From Ruminococcus sp. (GTDB lineage: Bacteria; Bacillota; Clostridia; Oscillospirales; Ruminococcaceae): a DNA stretch of 64,000 nt. This document shows, piece by piece, positions 10,301-18,824 of this stretch. Position 1 is the first letter of the stretch. Every line of letters begins with the position of its first letter. Position numbers and translations under genes: made by a program. The stretch is from positions 3,838-67,837 of the forward strand of contig JAHZHC010000016.1 of NCBI GenBank assembly GCA_019420505.1, in the 5' to 3' direction. The notes under the pieces are model-generated. The model worked only from the letters and a program-made list of their open reading frames with translations. It was not told the origin of the DNA and did no database searches.

Positions 10301-10707
10301 TCCGGGGTAATACCTGACTGAACAAATTCAGATATCAAATTAGTAGCGTCATTTATAAATGAAGATTTTTTTAAAGATCTTTCATAAAATTTGATATTTC
10401 CTGTTGCTTTCAATCTTTTGACAGCTTTATACATTGCTATGATTCTGTCGTTATTATCGGCATCTTTTTTTGAATTTCTGCCATATTTTTTAGCCATTAA
10501 TTCCGCTAATCTGTTAAAACCAACGGTTTGTATTTTATTAAATACCTTAGCTCCAAGCGCTGAATACAGCTTTTTATCATATTCAAATGAAAATTGATCA
10601 GGAATCAAAACAAGAATATCATCATTCATTTCTGCAGCTTGTTTAATCAAACTCACAAACATTTTTTCTCTTTCACTATGAGTTCCTCCTGAAATCAATT
10701 TAAGCAC
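7318..10707 (-). CDS. addB: ATP-dependent helicase/nuclease subunit B (AddB/RexB)
   Basis: About 1130 aa. C-terminal PD-(D/E)xK nuclease (DRADIY...IRIVDYKTG) is bracketed by Fe-S cysteines (CPFSYYC ... CTYCEYWSIC). The likely start is GTG at 10707, 9 nt after GGAGG. The track start at 10839 would overlap the upstream ORF. Confidence 0.9.
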   Translation of the reverse strand: MLKLISGGTHSEREKMFVSLIKQAAEMNDDILVLIPDQFSFEYDKKLYSALGAKVFNKIQTVGFNRLAELMAKKYGRNSKKDADNNDRIIAMYKAVKRLKATGNIKFYERSLKKSSFINDATNLISEFVQSGITPEDLRLASEKSSGSLQIKLFDLSRIFYFYLDELDKLGLKDSLTALGECCELAEKNKFFKGKSIFIDSFTDFSVDEINLIECMLKQSLQITISLIFSHENKARLYQSPFAETIRTAQNIKNLAVYKNIIVEEYKVKTDKNNCSAEIIHIDENLYSTSPVKSNQTDNIKIVSGTDVYEETEYICSEISRLVREEGYRYKDIAILLGNIQEISPILEGTFERYEIPYFIDCSLNAGRSALVLYLKSIFDCVVSRKWSTEKILKYIKSPLSDFLDYDICDIENYCITWNVDGDMWDSEFTAPADEGSSLKRINETRRKIISPLYELKKSCSNATAKDICLALYKMLDEINLSQQMFSKIKTATSDKEKDFELAREFKQLWKTVLSAITAIYTKFDDEKMSLREFSDIFALMISEMTVSKPPQTVDCIRIASTDHSRLSDVKVAFVIEANNGIFPADIRNNGLLTNNDKKSLEQLNLNVSSNTMKQIEGERLNVYLALTMPEDKLYITYSESDFQGSLKRPSVIVSMIKRMFGNIETKIQDMPIDFFCTSYRTAFYKYLEKSSDKDAITASVGESLKESDIYKLKLDFVNAVSKKQKHELTSKMAEKLFFNREMNLSATRVKDYYSCPFSYYCKYGLKLKSPSAVEINPMNTGNLIHSCFEKIMSVKDENGKSTYDVNFIKLSDDVIKNRIHEEFIKYTNEFLGGNFGKTSSFVEAMKRLENSAFFAVKNIQTEFMDSLFVPRAFEYNLTKDNGKSILQLKLDDDIKINIRGSIDRADIYKAENGEQYIRIVDYKTGDTTLRLEELYNGLNLQMLIYLLAVTQRENDLNHSGDLKPSAILYSHINFVKAGFTPDEIEQLKKGDDLDEELVIKRASTYKPDGMMVENEFTFKALNKRFSGVFTPFKFTSKGEISGNSKKPVTEEYFIGLEQFALMKLYEMASKLKCGEIFADPIETSKSLACTYCEYWSICGNSSPKNPRKTDKSDIDKLNQEIENIIKPK

Positions 10708-10810
10708 GACATTTAACCTCCAATCAAAAACATTGTTCAAATACATTTTATCATGTAAATCTATTAAAGTCAAATGACGTACAGGATTATCAGAAACAAA
10801 GAATATACAC

Positions 10811-11056
10811 TTATTTAAACCAATCAGCAAATATCTCAAAAATTTTAAAAGAATATTCTACATTTTCATTTTTATCTACAATTGATATTTTTTCATTGCT
10901 TTCCTTTTTGTCATTATTTATTATTGAATAACCTAATGAAAATCCCGGAAAAAACATTGAATATTTTGTAATATCTTTTTTGCCGCTACTAAAAAATACA
11001 GAAGTCAAAATTATTAAACATAATGCTGATGAAACTGCTTTTTGAAATTTTGTCAT
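10811..11056 (-). CDS. Hypothetical small protein with N-terminal signal/TM segment
   Basis: 81 aa. GGAGG lies 8 nt upstream of the ATG. Hydrophobic N-terminus AVSSALCLIILTSVFF. No recognisable family. Confidence 0.4.
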   Translation of the reverse strand: MTKFQKAVSSALCLIILTSVFFSSGKKDITKYSMFFPGFSLGYSIINNDKKESNEKISIVDKNENVEYSFKIFEIFADWFK

Positions 11057-11137
11057 AAAAAAATTCCTCCATAATAATCGGTCTGAATTGTTTTGCTTCA
11101 GCCTAATTATGGACGGAATTTTTTTGTTTATTCAATT

Positions 11138-13519
11138 CTAATTAACAGGATAAAATTCTTCAAAGACTTTTTTGGCAATATCGCAGGATTCTTTAGCATC
11201 TTTTGCATAAAAATCGGCACCAATCTGTTTTGCATATTCTGGTGTAAGGACAGCCCCGCCAACCATAATTTTGCAATCCACATTATTTTCATGCAAAAGC
11301 TTGATTGTTTTTTCCATACTGACTAAGGTTGTTGTCATCAATGCTGATAAACCAATCAGATGCACATTATTTTTAACGGCGCAATCAACAACGGCTTGGT
11401 AATCTACATCCTTTCCCAGATCTATAACTTCATATCCGTAATTCTCAAGTAAAACTTTTACTATGTTTTTTCCGATATCATGAATATCTCCCTTAACGGT
11501 TGCAACAATTATTTTACCTTTTGACACAGATTTTTCCCCGGTTTGCGCAAAATGAGTTTTGAGCACCTCGAAACATGCTTGTGCAACTCCTGCTGAAAGA
11601 ATTAATTGAGGCAAAAATATTTTTCCCGTTTCAAATTCAGAACCGGCTTTATCTAATGCAGGAATAAGGATATCATTAATTATATCCATAGGATCTTGTT
11701 CTTTAAGTAAATCTTTTGTCAATCGTGCACCTTCGCTTTTCAGTCCATTTTCCAAAGCATAAGGCAAATCTATGACATTTTTTTCTGAATTATTGATCTT
11801 CGCAGTATTCTTTTCAGATGAACCATAATTCGCTATATATTCTACAGAATTTTTATCGTATCCCGCTAAGAGATTATATGATCTTACAGCTGCGGTCATG
11901 GAATCGGTATTAGGATTAATAATAGGCAGGTCAAGACCTTTTGTCAACGCCATCATAAGAAAATTACGGGTAACAATTTCACGCTCCGGAAGTCCAAAAC
12001 TGATATTTGAAACACCGAGAACAGTTTTTAAGCCTAATTCGTTTTTGACTCTCTTCAAAGCATTAAGCGTCTGCATTGCGGCTTCTTGTTCTGCGGAAAC
12101 GGTAAGCGTAAGGCAGTCAATATATACATCCTCACGGCGGATACCTATGGATAAGGCTCTGTCAAGTATTTTTTTCGCAATATTAAACCTGCCTTCAGCA
12201 GTTTTAGGAATACCGTTTTCATCCAAGCAAAGTCCTACGACAGCTGCACCATATTTTTTTACTAATGGCAAAACTGTTTTAAGAGACTTTTCTTCACCGT
12301 TTACAGAATTAACAATGGGTTTGCCATTATACACTCTGAGAGCGGCTTCAAGAACCTCAGGGATAGTTGAGTCAAGCTGTAGAGGTACGTCTGTTACACC
12401 CTGAAGAGCTTTGACAGCACGAACCATCATGTCTTTCTCATCAATTCCGGGTAAACCAACATTTACATCAAGTATATCTGCTCCGGCATTGACTTGCTCA
12501 ATGGCTTGTCCTAAAATATAATCGATATCACCTTCAAGCAGAGCGGCTTTAAACCGTTTTTTGCCGGTCGGATTTATTCTTTCACCGATTATTCTCGGAC
12601 GGTTTATAATGACAGTATTTGAAGGAGTACAGCAGGCAGCGGGTATATCATTATTAAATTTAACTTGTTTTTTATCTCTGAGAACATTTTTTAGTGCTTT
12701 TATAAACTCAGGCGTTGTCCCACAGCAGCCTCCAAATATTTTTACACCTAACGGGATAAGTTTACACATAAGTTCCGCAAATTCTTCAGGTGTAATGTTA
12801 TATTCATTAGTCAGGGGATCGGGCAAACCTGCATTAGGTTTAACAATCACCGGAAGATTAGTCCATTTACATAAATCCTCAACTACAGGATAAAGCTCAG
12901 CAGGACCAAGTGAACAGTTAACTCCGATTGCGTCAACCCCGAGGCTTTCAAGAGTTAAAGCCATAGAACTTATTGAACAGCCTGTAAAAGTTCTCATGTT
13001 CTCTTCAAAAGTCATTGTACAGACAACAGGCTTATCTGAATTCTCTTTAGCGGCAAGTACTGCTGCTTTTAATTCATACAAGTCAGTCATTGTTTCAAAT
13101 ACAATTAAATCACAATTTATACCTGAAATGATCTGTTCTTTAAAAATATCATATGCTTCTTCAAAGGTTAAAGTTCCTGTAGGTTCAAGAAGCTGACCTA
13201 TTGGCCCTATATCTAAGGCGACAAGTGTTTCAGATTCACTGCATGCTTTTCTTGCATTTGATATTCCCGCTTCTATAATTTCTTTAACGGAATAGCCGCA
13301 ATCAGCCAATTTATATTTATTTGCGCCGAAAGTATTTGCATAAATTATATCTGCTCCTGCATTAATATACATACTGTGTATATCAATAAGCCACTGAGGA
13401 TTTTCTATATTAAGAACTTCAGGAGTTTCACCCATTTTCAATCCTTTTGCCTGAAGCATTGTTCCCATTGCGCCGTCAAGACAAACAAATTCTCTTTTCA
13501 TTAATTCTTTAAAATCCAC
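11138..13519 (-). CDS. metH: Methionine synthase (Hcy methyltransferase + pterin-binding + B12-binding modules, no activation domain)
   Basis: LDGAMGT and GGCCGTTPEFI (Hcy-binding), a pterin-binding barrel, and the cobalamin motifs DIHDIGKNIV (DxHxxG) and GLSALMTTT. The likely start is GTG at 13519 after AAAGGTG (MDFKELMKREFVCLDGAMGT). Confidence 0.9.
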   Translation of the reverse strand: MDFKELMKREFVCLDGAMGTMLQAKGLKMGETPEVLNIENPQWLIDIHSMYINAGADIIYANTFGANKYKLADCGYSVKEIIEAGISNARKACSESETLVALDIGPIGQLLEPTGTLTFEEAYDIFKEQIISGINCDLIVFETMTDLYELKAAVLAAKENSDKPVVCTMTFEENMRTFTGCSISSMALTLESLGVDAIGVNCSLGPAELYPVVEDLCKWTNLPVIVKPNAGLPDPLTNEYNITPEEFAELMCKLIPLGVKIFGGCCGTTPEFIKALKNVLRDKKQVKFNNDIPAACCTPSNTVIINRPRIIGERINPTGKKRFKAALLEGDIDYILGQAIEQVNAGADILDVNVGLPGIDEKDMMVRAVKALQGVTDVPLQLDSTIPEVLEAALRVYNGKPIVNSVNGEEKSLKTVLPLVKKYGAAVVGLCLDENGIPKTAEGRFNIAKKILDRALSIGIRREDVYIDCLTLTVSAEQEAAMQTLNALKRVKNELGLKTVLGVSNISFGLPEREIVTRNFLMMALTKGLDLPIINPNTDSMTAAVRSYNLLAGYDKNSVEYIANYGSSEKNTAKINNSEKNVIDLPYALENGLKSEGARLTKDLLKEQDPMDIINDILIPALDKAGSEFETGKIFLPQLILSAGVAQACFEVLKTHFAQTGEKSVSKGKIIVATVKGDIHDIGKNIVKVLLENYGYEVIDLGKDVDYQAVVDCAVKNNVHLIGLSALMTTTLVSMEKTIKLLHENNVDCKIMVGGAVLTPEYAKQIGADFYAKDAKESCDIAKKVFEEFYPVN

Positions 13520-14192
13520 AGTGATCACCTTTCTTCCTATACTCACATCTATCTCTCATATTACAGCTGACGCAGCCTCGCTTTCCCTTCGAAATTGGAT
13601 TCTTTGATATACCTATAACTGCGGTAACAGATTTTCTCGGTATTAAAATCAGACTTTCCGTACAACTCAATCCTATTCGTTTCTGAGCATCAAGAACATT
13701 TAAAAACTCAGGCTGTATTATTAAAGGAAAATCTCCATATCCCGGAGAAAAACGCCAAGTGAAATTGTAATCCGGCAATTTTTCTTTGATTTCAATTTCT
13801 GCCTGATTGCATACTTCCTCCACTGCGGCAGACGCAAGGCAATCTGAAATTACGGTTTTTGTCATATCAATTGTTTCATATGATCTGATTATTTTATCAA
13901 CTTCTGCAGAAACCGTTGCACATAAAAGAATACATTTATCGCATCCTTTCAAGTGTTCTTTTATATTGTTACCCTCAAACAGCAAAGATGTTCCTAATAC
14001 TGATATACCATTTTCCAATGTTTTAATATCAAAAAGCTTATAAGTATATCTTGGTTTTACAGATTCGAGCAAAACGGATTCACATTCATCAATTATATTC
14101 ATAACATTTTCATCAGGTTCTTTATCTTTATAACCCATATATCTCAATGCTTCCGCCCGATTAAGTTCCAGCAATTCCAAACTTATCATCAC
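13509..14192 (-). CDS. Stand-alone methionine synthase reactivation (AdoMet-binding) domain protein
   Basis: 227 aa. RFSPGYGDFPL...QKRIGLSCTESLILIPRKSVTAVIGI resembles the MetH activation domain. It overlaps the metH start. It has an extra C-terminal CVSCNMRDRCEYRKKGDHC tail. Confidence 0.8.
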   Translation of the reverse strand: MMISLELLELNRAEALRYMGYKDKEPDENVMNIIDECESVLLESVKPRYTYKLFDIKTLENGISVLGTSLLFEGNNIKEHLKGCDKCILLCATVSAEVDKIIRSYETIDMTKTVISDCLASAAVEEVCNQAEIEIKEKLPDYNFTWRFSPGYGDFPLIIQPEFLNVLDAQKRIGLSCTESLILIPRKSVTAVIGISKNPISKGKRGCVSCNMRDRCEYRKKGDHCGF

Positions 14193-14213
14193 TCCGAATA
14201 AAAATATACAATT

Positions 14214-14242
14214 ATTATATCACACATACCGCAAAAATACAA
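14214..14242 (-). promoter_or_regulatory. Putative sigma-A promoter of the metH operon
   Basis: Minus strand reads TTGTAT-17 nt-TATAAT with TGa immediately upstream of the -10. It lies about 25 nt upstream of the start codon. Confidence 0.5.
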
Positions 14243-14271
14243 GTAATATAACTTTACATACCAAAACATAG

Positions 14272-14304
14272 AGAAAAAACGCATGACATATAATCATGCG
14301 TTTT
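14272..14304 (-). terminator. Intrinsic terminator after the Cys-rich protein gene
   Basis: Minus strand reads CGCATGA-ttatatg-TCATGCG followed by TTTTTT. Confidence 0.7.
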
Positions 14305-14314
14305 CGATATAATT

Positions 14315-15076
14315 TTACTGTGGCTCTTCTTCTGTTTCATTCTGATTTGCTGTTGAACCGCAGCAGCCCATTGAATTTTCATTTTCAAGGCTTCTGGGGA
14401 AGAATTCGCTTGTCGGGAAGTTGATTTTTTCAAACAATTCGCAGGGGCTGTCGGTATTAGTTGAACATTCCTTATTTGGTATACAATAATCATATGCCGG
14501 AATAAGAATAGGCACTGCCCTTTGAAGCTGTACAATTGCAAACATACCAATAGTAACAAGCACGGTTTTAGTACAATTTTCGCTGCTAATCGGCACAAGC
14601 TTTGCATCCAGACAGATAGGCTCTACAACGCTTACACTTGCTTTTGGAAGGTTAGGATAACAGCATCCTTTTGGCGTCGGATCACAGATCGGATCATCTG
14701 ATGAAAAGTGCTTTGTGTTTCCGTCACTTCCGAACAAAATTACTTTTTTGCTGAATGTAGTCGTACCTGTTGCAAACTGTGGTGTGGAACAATTTGAATG
14801 ATATACATCCAGATCAACTTTGAAAGTGTAAGTCAAATCCACAGTGTAGAAGCCTTTGTTAAAGGGTACCGGGTCAATACCAAAGGTAGTATTCACAACC
14901 TCTACACATTTGCATTTAATGTAACTTGCTGAATTAATAAGCTCCTGCATACATGGATCACAGAAGGTTAACTCCAGATCTTCCAGACAATCCTGTGAAC
15001 TGCATGAATCAAAAACACGCATTGCCTCAATGCATACTGCTTCTTTAAAGCAATTATTCGGTTTAAATTCGCTCAT
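14315..15076 (-). CDS. Cys-rich cytoplasmic protein of unknown function (possible spore coat/exosporium component)
   Basis: 253 aa with 19 Cys by my count and no signal peptide. AGGAGG lies 7 nt before the ATG, and the gene has its own terminator. The N-terminal NCFKEAVCIEA motif is faintly like the CotY/CotZ N-terminus (NCVCDAVEKI), from memory. Confidence 0.6.
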   Translation of the reverse strand: MSEFKPNNCFKEAVCIEAMRVFDSCSSQDCLEDLELTFCDPCMQELINSASYIKCKCVEVVNTTFGIDPVPFNKGFYTVDLTYTFKVDLDVYHSNCSTPQFATGTTTFSKKVILFGSDGNTKHFSSDDPICDPTPKGCCYPNLPKASVSVVEPICLDAKLVPISSENCTKTVLVTIGMFAIVQLQRAVPILIPAYDYCIPNKECSTNTDSPCELFEKINFPTSEFFPRSLENENSMGCCGSTANQNETEEEPQ

Positions 15077-15320
15077 TAAAAATCCTCCTGACTAAGTAAT
15101 TTAAAAGTAAATGTTTTTACTTCCTTACATCATATTCAAAAAGTCTTTTTATTGTTACGAATTTTCTTTATTTTCTTTGTGTATTATAAATAACAACAAA
15201 ATTTTAACGTCATATATAAATTTTCTGATATACATTTAAGACAAAGTTTTTAATTTGACTTTGCTATATGTATTATGATATAATAAAATTAAATTTTAAT
15301 TAACGATTGGATATTGAAAT

Positions 15321-15758
15321 ATGAAAAAGATAGAAATATTCACTGACGGAGCTTGTTCCGGAAATCCCGGTCCTGGCGGTTACGGAGTAATATTAAAATA
15401 TAAAGATAATGTTAAAGAGCTTTGTGGCGGCGAACCCGATACTACCAACAATCGAATGGAGCTTACTGCGGTTATTACAGGCTTGAAAGCTCTTAAAGAG
15501 CCTTGCGAAGTCGATTTATACAGTGATTCAAAATATATAATTGACGCTGTAACTAAAGGCTGGGCTGTGAAATGGAAACAAAACAACTGGATTAAGTCAG
15601 ATAAGAAGAAGGCTTTGAATTCTGATTTATGGGAACAACTTTTAGAACTTCTTAAAATACACAAAGTCAATTTCTTTTGGGTGAAAGGTCACGCAGGGCA
15701 TGCTGAAAATGAAAGATGCGATAAACTTGCAGTTAAAGGCTCAAAAAGTTTTCTATAA
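15321..15758 (+). CDS. rnhA: Ribonuclease HI
   Basis: [30 protein letters not shown] and [17 protein letters not shown] are the canonical RNase H catalytic DEDD context. Confidence 0.9.
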   Translation: MKKIEIFTDGACSGNPGPGGYGVILKYKDNVKELCGGEPDTTNNRMELTAVITGLKALKEPCEVDLYSDSKYIIDAVTKGWAVKWKQNNWIKSDKKKALNSDLWEQLLELLKIHKVNFFWVKGHAGHAENERCDKLAVKGSKSFL

Positions 15759-15885
15759 AAGTTAACCCTGTTAAACCCTATTTAACAAGTATGATTAAAA
15801 AGACTTATTTTTGTTGATTTTAAATAGTTTTTTATTATTTTTCCTATAAAACAAGAGTGAATTGATAAATTTTTCTTTAACAAGG

Positions 15886-15914
15886 TTGCATTTTATAGAA
15901 AAAAGGTATATAAT
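15886..15914 (+). promoter_or_regulatory. Putative sigma-A promoter of nifS-nifU
   Basis: TTGCAT-17 nt-TATAAT. Confidence 0.5.
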
Positions 15915-15971
15915 AATATCATGTGAAAAATGCGGAAATAAAATTCTGTGTAAAAGAAAGGTTATGGTTAT

Positions 15972-17180
15972 ATGGAAAAACGCTTTGTCTATGCTGATAA
16001 CGCCGCCACAACCTGTGTTTCCAAAAAAGCACTTGAGGCTGCTCTGCCCTATTTTACAGAGCAATACGGAAATGCCTCAAGTATATATACAATTGGAATG
16101 AATGCGGCTAAAGCTATTCTTAAAGCAAGAGAACAGATTGCTGATGCTATCGGTGCAAAGGTAAATGAGATATATTTTACAAGCGGCGGTTCTGAAGCGG
16201 ACAACTGGGCAATAAGAGGATCTGCTTTAAACGGTGCCAAAAAAGGCAAAAAACATATTATTACAACTGTTTTTGAACATCATGCTGTTCTTCATACGTG
16301 CGAATTTCTTGAAAAACAGGGATATGAAGTGACATATCTTCCTGTTGACGAAAAAGGTCTTATTACAGCAAAACAGGTTGAAGACGCAATTCGTGAAGAT
16401 ACTTGTCTGGTAACAATTATGTTTGCAAATAATGAGATAGGAACTATAATGCCTATAGCTGAAATCGGAAATATATGCAAGGAGAAGAAAATTCCTTTCC
16501 ATACAGATGCAGTTCAGGCAATTGGAAATGTTCCAATCAATGTTAAAGAAATGAACATTGACATGCTTTCTCTATCGGGTCATAAAATTCATGCTCCAAA
16601 AGGCATTGGCTGTCTGTATATCAGAGGCGGGATTTCAATTCCAAATCTTATTTTTGGCGGTGCACAGGAAAGAAGCAAAAGAGCCGGTACTGAAAATGTA
16701 CCATCTATAGTTGCGCTTGGTGTTGCTATTACCGATGCCTGTGCGGATATTTCAGGGAAATTTGATAAGGTTTCAAAATTAAGAGACAAGCTTATTGAAG
16801 GCATTTTAAAAATTCCTGAAACAAGACTTAATGGAGATATTGAAAAACGTCTTCCCGGAAATGTGAACATTTCAATAAGAGGTGTAGAAGGTGAAAGCCT
16901 TTTACTTACTTTGGATATGAATGGTATCGCAGCTTCTTCCGGTTCTGCATGTACCAGCGGTTCTCTTGATCCGTCTCATGTTTTGCTTTCTATAGGTCTT
17001 CCTCATGAAATAGCACATGGTTCTTTAAGACTTACTATTAACGAAGACACAACCGAAGAAGATGTGGATTACATTCTTTCTGTAATTCCTGAGGTTGTGA
17101 AAAAGCTCAGAGCTATGTCTCCGCTTTGGGAAAAAATCTGCAAAGACGAAGGATTGTCCTCTGACGGCAATAAATTATAA
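15972..17180 (+). CDS. nifS: Cysteine desulfurase NifS/IscS type
   Basis: PLP lysine in [12 protein letters not shown] and the active-site loop [10 protein letters not shown]. Confidence 0.9.
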   Translation: MEKRFVYADNAATTCVSKKALEAALPYFTEQYGNASSIYTIGMNAAKAILKAREQIADAIGAKVNEIYFTSGGSEADNWAIRGSALNGAKKGKKHIITTVFEHHAVLHTCEFLEKQGYEVTYLPVDEKGLITAKQVEDAIREDTCLVTIMFANNEIGTIMPIAEIGNICKEKKIPFHTDAVQAIGNVPINVKEMNIDMLSLSGHKIHAPKGIGCLYIRGGISIPNLIFGGAQERSKRAGTENVPSIVALGVAITDACADISGKFDKVSKLRDKLIEGILKIPETRLNGDIEKRLPGNVNISIRGVEGESLLLTLDMNGIAASSGSACTSGSLDPSHVLLSIGLPHEIAHGSLRLTINEDTTEEDVDYILSVIPEVVKKLRAMSPLWEKICKDEGLSSDGNKL

Positions 17181-17233
17181 TAAATCATAGGGTTTACCCT
17201 TTATTAAAAAGAACTTATCAAAGGAGAATTTAA

Positions 17234-17665
17234 ATGATTTACAGTGAAAAGGTTATGGATCATTTTGCTAATCCACGCAATGTCGGCGAAATTGACAACG
17301 CTGACGGAATTGGCGAAGTTGGAAATGCAAAATGCGGAGATATTATGAAAATGTACATTAAGGTTGACGATGGTGTTATTTCCGATGTCAAATTTAAAAC
17401 TTTCGGATGCGGAGCTGCTATTGCAACTTCATCAATTGCCACAGAAATGATTAAAGGAAAAGCAATTGAAGATGCACTTAAAGTTACAAATAAGGCTGTT
17501 ATTGAAGCTCTGGACGGACTTCCTCCTGCAAAGCTGCACTGCTCTGTTCTTGCTGAACAGGCAATGAAAGCTGCTATTTCCGATTATTATAAGAGACAAG
17601 GTATTGATCCTACTCCTTATGTTGGTGAATCTTGCAGCTGTGAGGACTGTGAAGGCTGTCATTAA
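17234..17665 (+). CDS. nifU: Fe-S cluster scaffold NifU/IscU-like
   Basis: The three scaffold cysteines sit in GNAKCGD, FGCGAAIA and LHCSVLA. It has an unusual CSCEDCEGCH C-terminal tail. Confidence 0.9.
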   Translation: MIYSEKVMDHFANPRNVGEIDNADGIGEVGNAKCGDIMKMYIKVDDGVISDVKFKTFGCGAAIATSSIATEMIKGKAIEDALKVTNKAVIEALDGLPPAKLHCSVLAEQAMKAAISDYYKRQGIDPTPYVGESCSCEDCEGCH

Positions 17666-17676
17666 GATCATAAATT

Positions 17677-17701
17677 CAGGCGGATTTATCCGCCTGTTTT
17701 A
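17677..17701 (+). terminator. Intrinsic terminator after nifU
   Basis: CAGGCGGA-ttta-TCCGCCTG followed by TTTT. It ends only about 26 nt before the mnmA ATG. Confidence 0.7.
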
Positions 17702-17726
17702 TTATATAGATTTAAAAGGTGATAAT

Positions 17727-18824
17727 ATGTCAAAAAATAAAAAAGTTCTTGTTGCAATGAGCGGCGGAGTTGACAGTTCTGTTGCTGTTAAATTGCTTCT
17801 TGATAAAGGCTATGAATGTGCCGGGGCTACCATGCGGTTATATTCTAATGAGGACATAGGATTGGATCAATCAAAGACCTGTTGTTCTCTCAGTGATGTA
17901 GAAGACGCAAGATATGTTGCTTATAAACTTGGAATTAATTTTCATGTATTTAATTTTTCTGCTGACTTTAAAGAAAAAGTAATTCAACATTTTATTAATA
18001 CTTATCTTGAGGGTGGTACTCCTAATCCTTGCATAGAATGCAACAGATACTTAAAGTTTGAAAAATTTCTTGAACGAGCAAGACTTCTTGACTATGATTA
18101 TATTGCAACCGGTCATTATGTGAAACGTGAGTTCAACGAGAAAAGCGGCCGATGGCTTTTAAAAAGATCCCCTGATGTAAAGAAAGATCAGAGTTATGTA
18201 CTTTATTCAATGACACAGGATCAAATTGCGCATACGTTATTCCCTGTGGGAGATTTAAACAAGACTGAAATAAGAGAGATTGCCGAAAAAAACTTACTTA
18301 TAAATGCTGATAAACCCGATTCTCAAGATATTTGTTTTATTCCCGATGGTGATTATGCAAAATTTATTACTGATAATGCCGGAGAACAATATGAGGGGGA
18401 TATTATACTTTCTGACGGTACTGTTCTCGGAAAGCATAAGGGTCTGATCAATTATACCATAGGACAGCGAAAAGGCATTGGTGTTTCTTATTCTGATCCC
18501 TTATTTGTGATTGATAAAAATATAGAACATAATACCCTTATACTTGGAACAAGTGATAAACAAGGCTGTTCGGCTCTTATAGCTGATAATGTTAATTTTA
18601 TTCCATTTGATAGTCTTGTAAGTCCCCTTGAATGCACTGCGCAAACCAGATATCATCAAAAGGATGTTCCCTGTACAGTATATCCAATAGAAAACGGACA
18701 AATAAAAGTCGTATTTCACAAACCTCACAAAGCCGTTTCAAAGGGACAGGCTGTTGTACTTTATAACGGTGAATATATTATTGGAGGGGGAACAATCGTA
18801 AAGGCTACAAACGACAATATTTAA
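17727..18824 (+). CDS. mnmA: tRNA-specific 2-thiouridylase MnmA
   Basis: PP-loop VAMSGGVDSSV, NPCIECN, and KDQSYVL. The true start is ATG 17727 (MSKNKKVLVAM) after AAAGGTGA. The track start at 17604 reads through the nifU 3' end. Confidence 0.95.
   Translation: MSKNKKVLVAMSGGVDSSVAVKLLLDKGYECAGATMRLYSNEDIGLDQSKTCCSLSDVEDARYVAYKLGINFHVFNFSADFKEKVIQHFINTYLEGGTPNPCIECNRYLKFEKFLERARLLDYDYIATGHYVKREFNEKSGRWLLKRSPDVKKDQSYVLYSMTQDQIAHTLFPVGDLNKTEIREIAEKNLLINADKPDSQDICFIPDGDYAKFITDNAGEQYEGDIILSDGTVLGKHKGLINYTIGQRKGIGVSYSDPLFVIDKNIEHNTLILGTSDKQGCSALIADNVNFIPFDSLVSPLECTAQTRYHQKDVPCTVYPIENGQIKVVFHKPHKAVSKGQAVVLYNGEYIIGGGTIVKATNDNI

Noticed and set aside
14193-14314. SAM (S-box) or other riboswitch upstream of the metH genes.
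   Set aside because: The whole interval is about 120 nt. Most of it is taken by the upstream gene's terminator and a promoter that leaves a leader of about 25 nt. There is no room for a conserved S-box helix pattern, and no sign of one.
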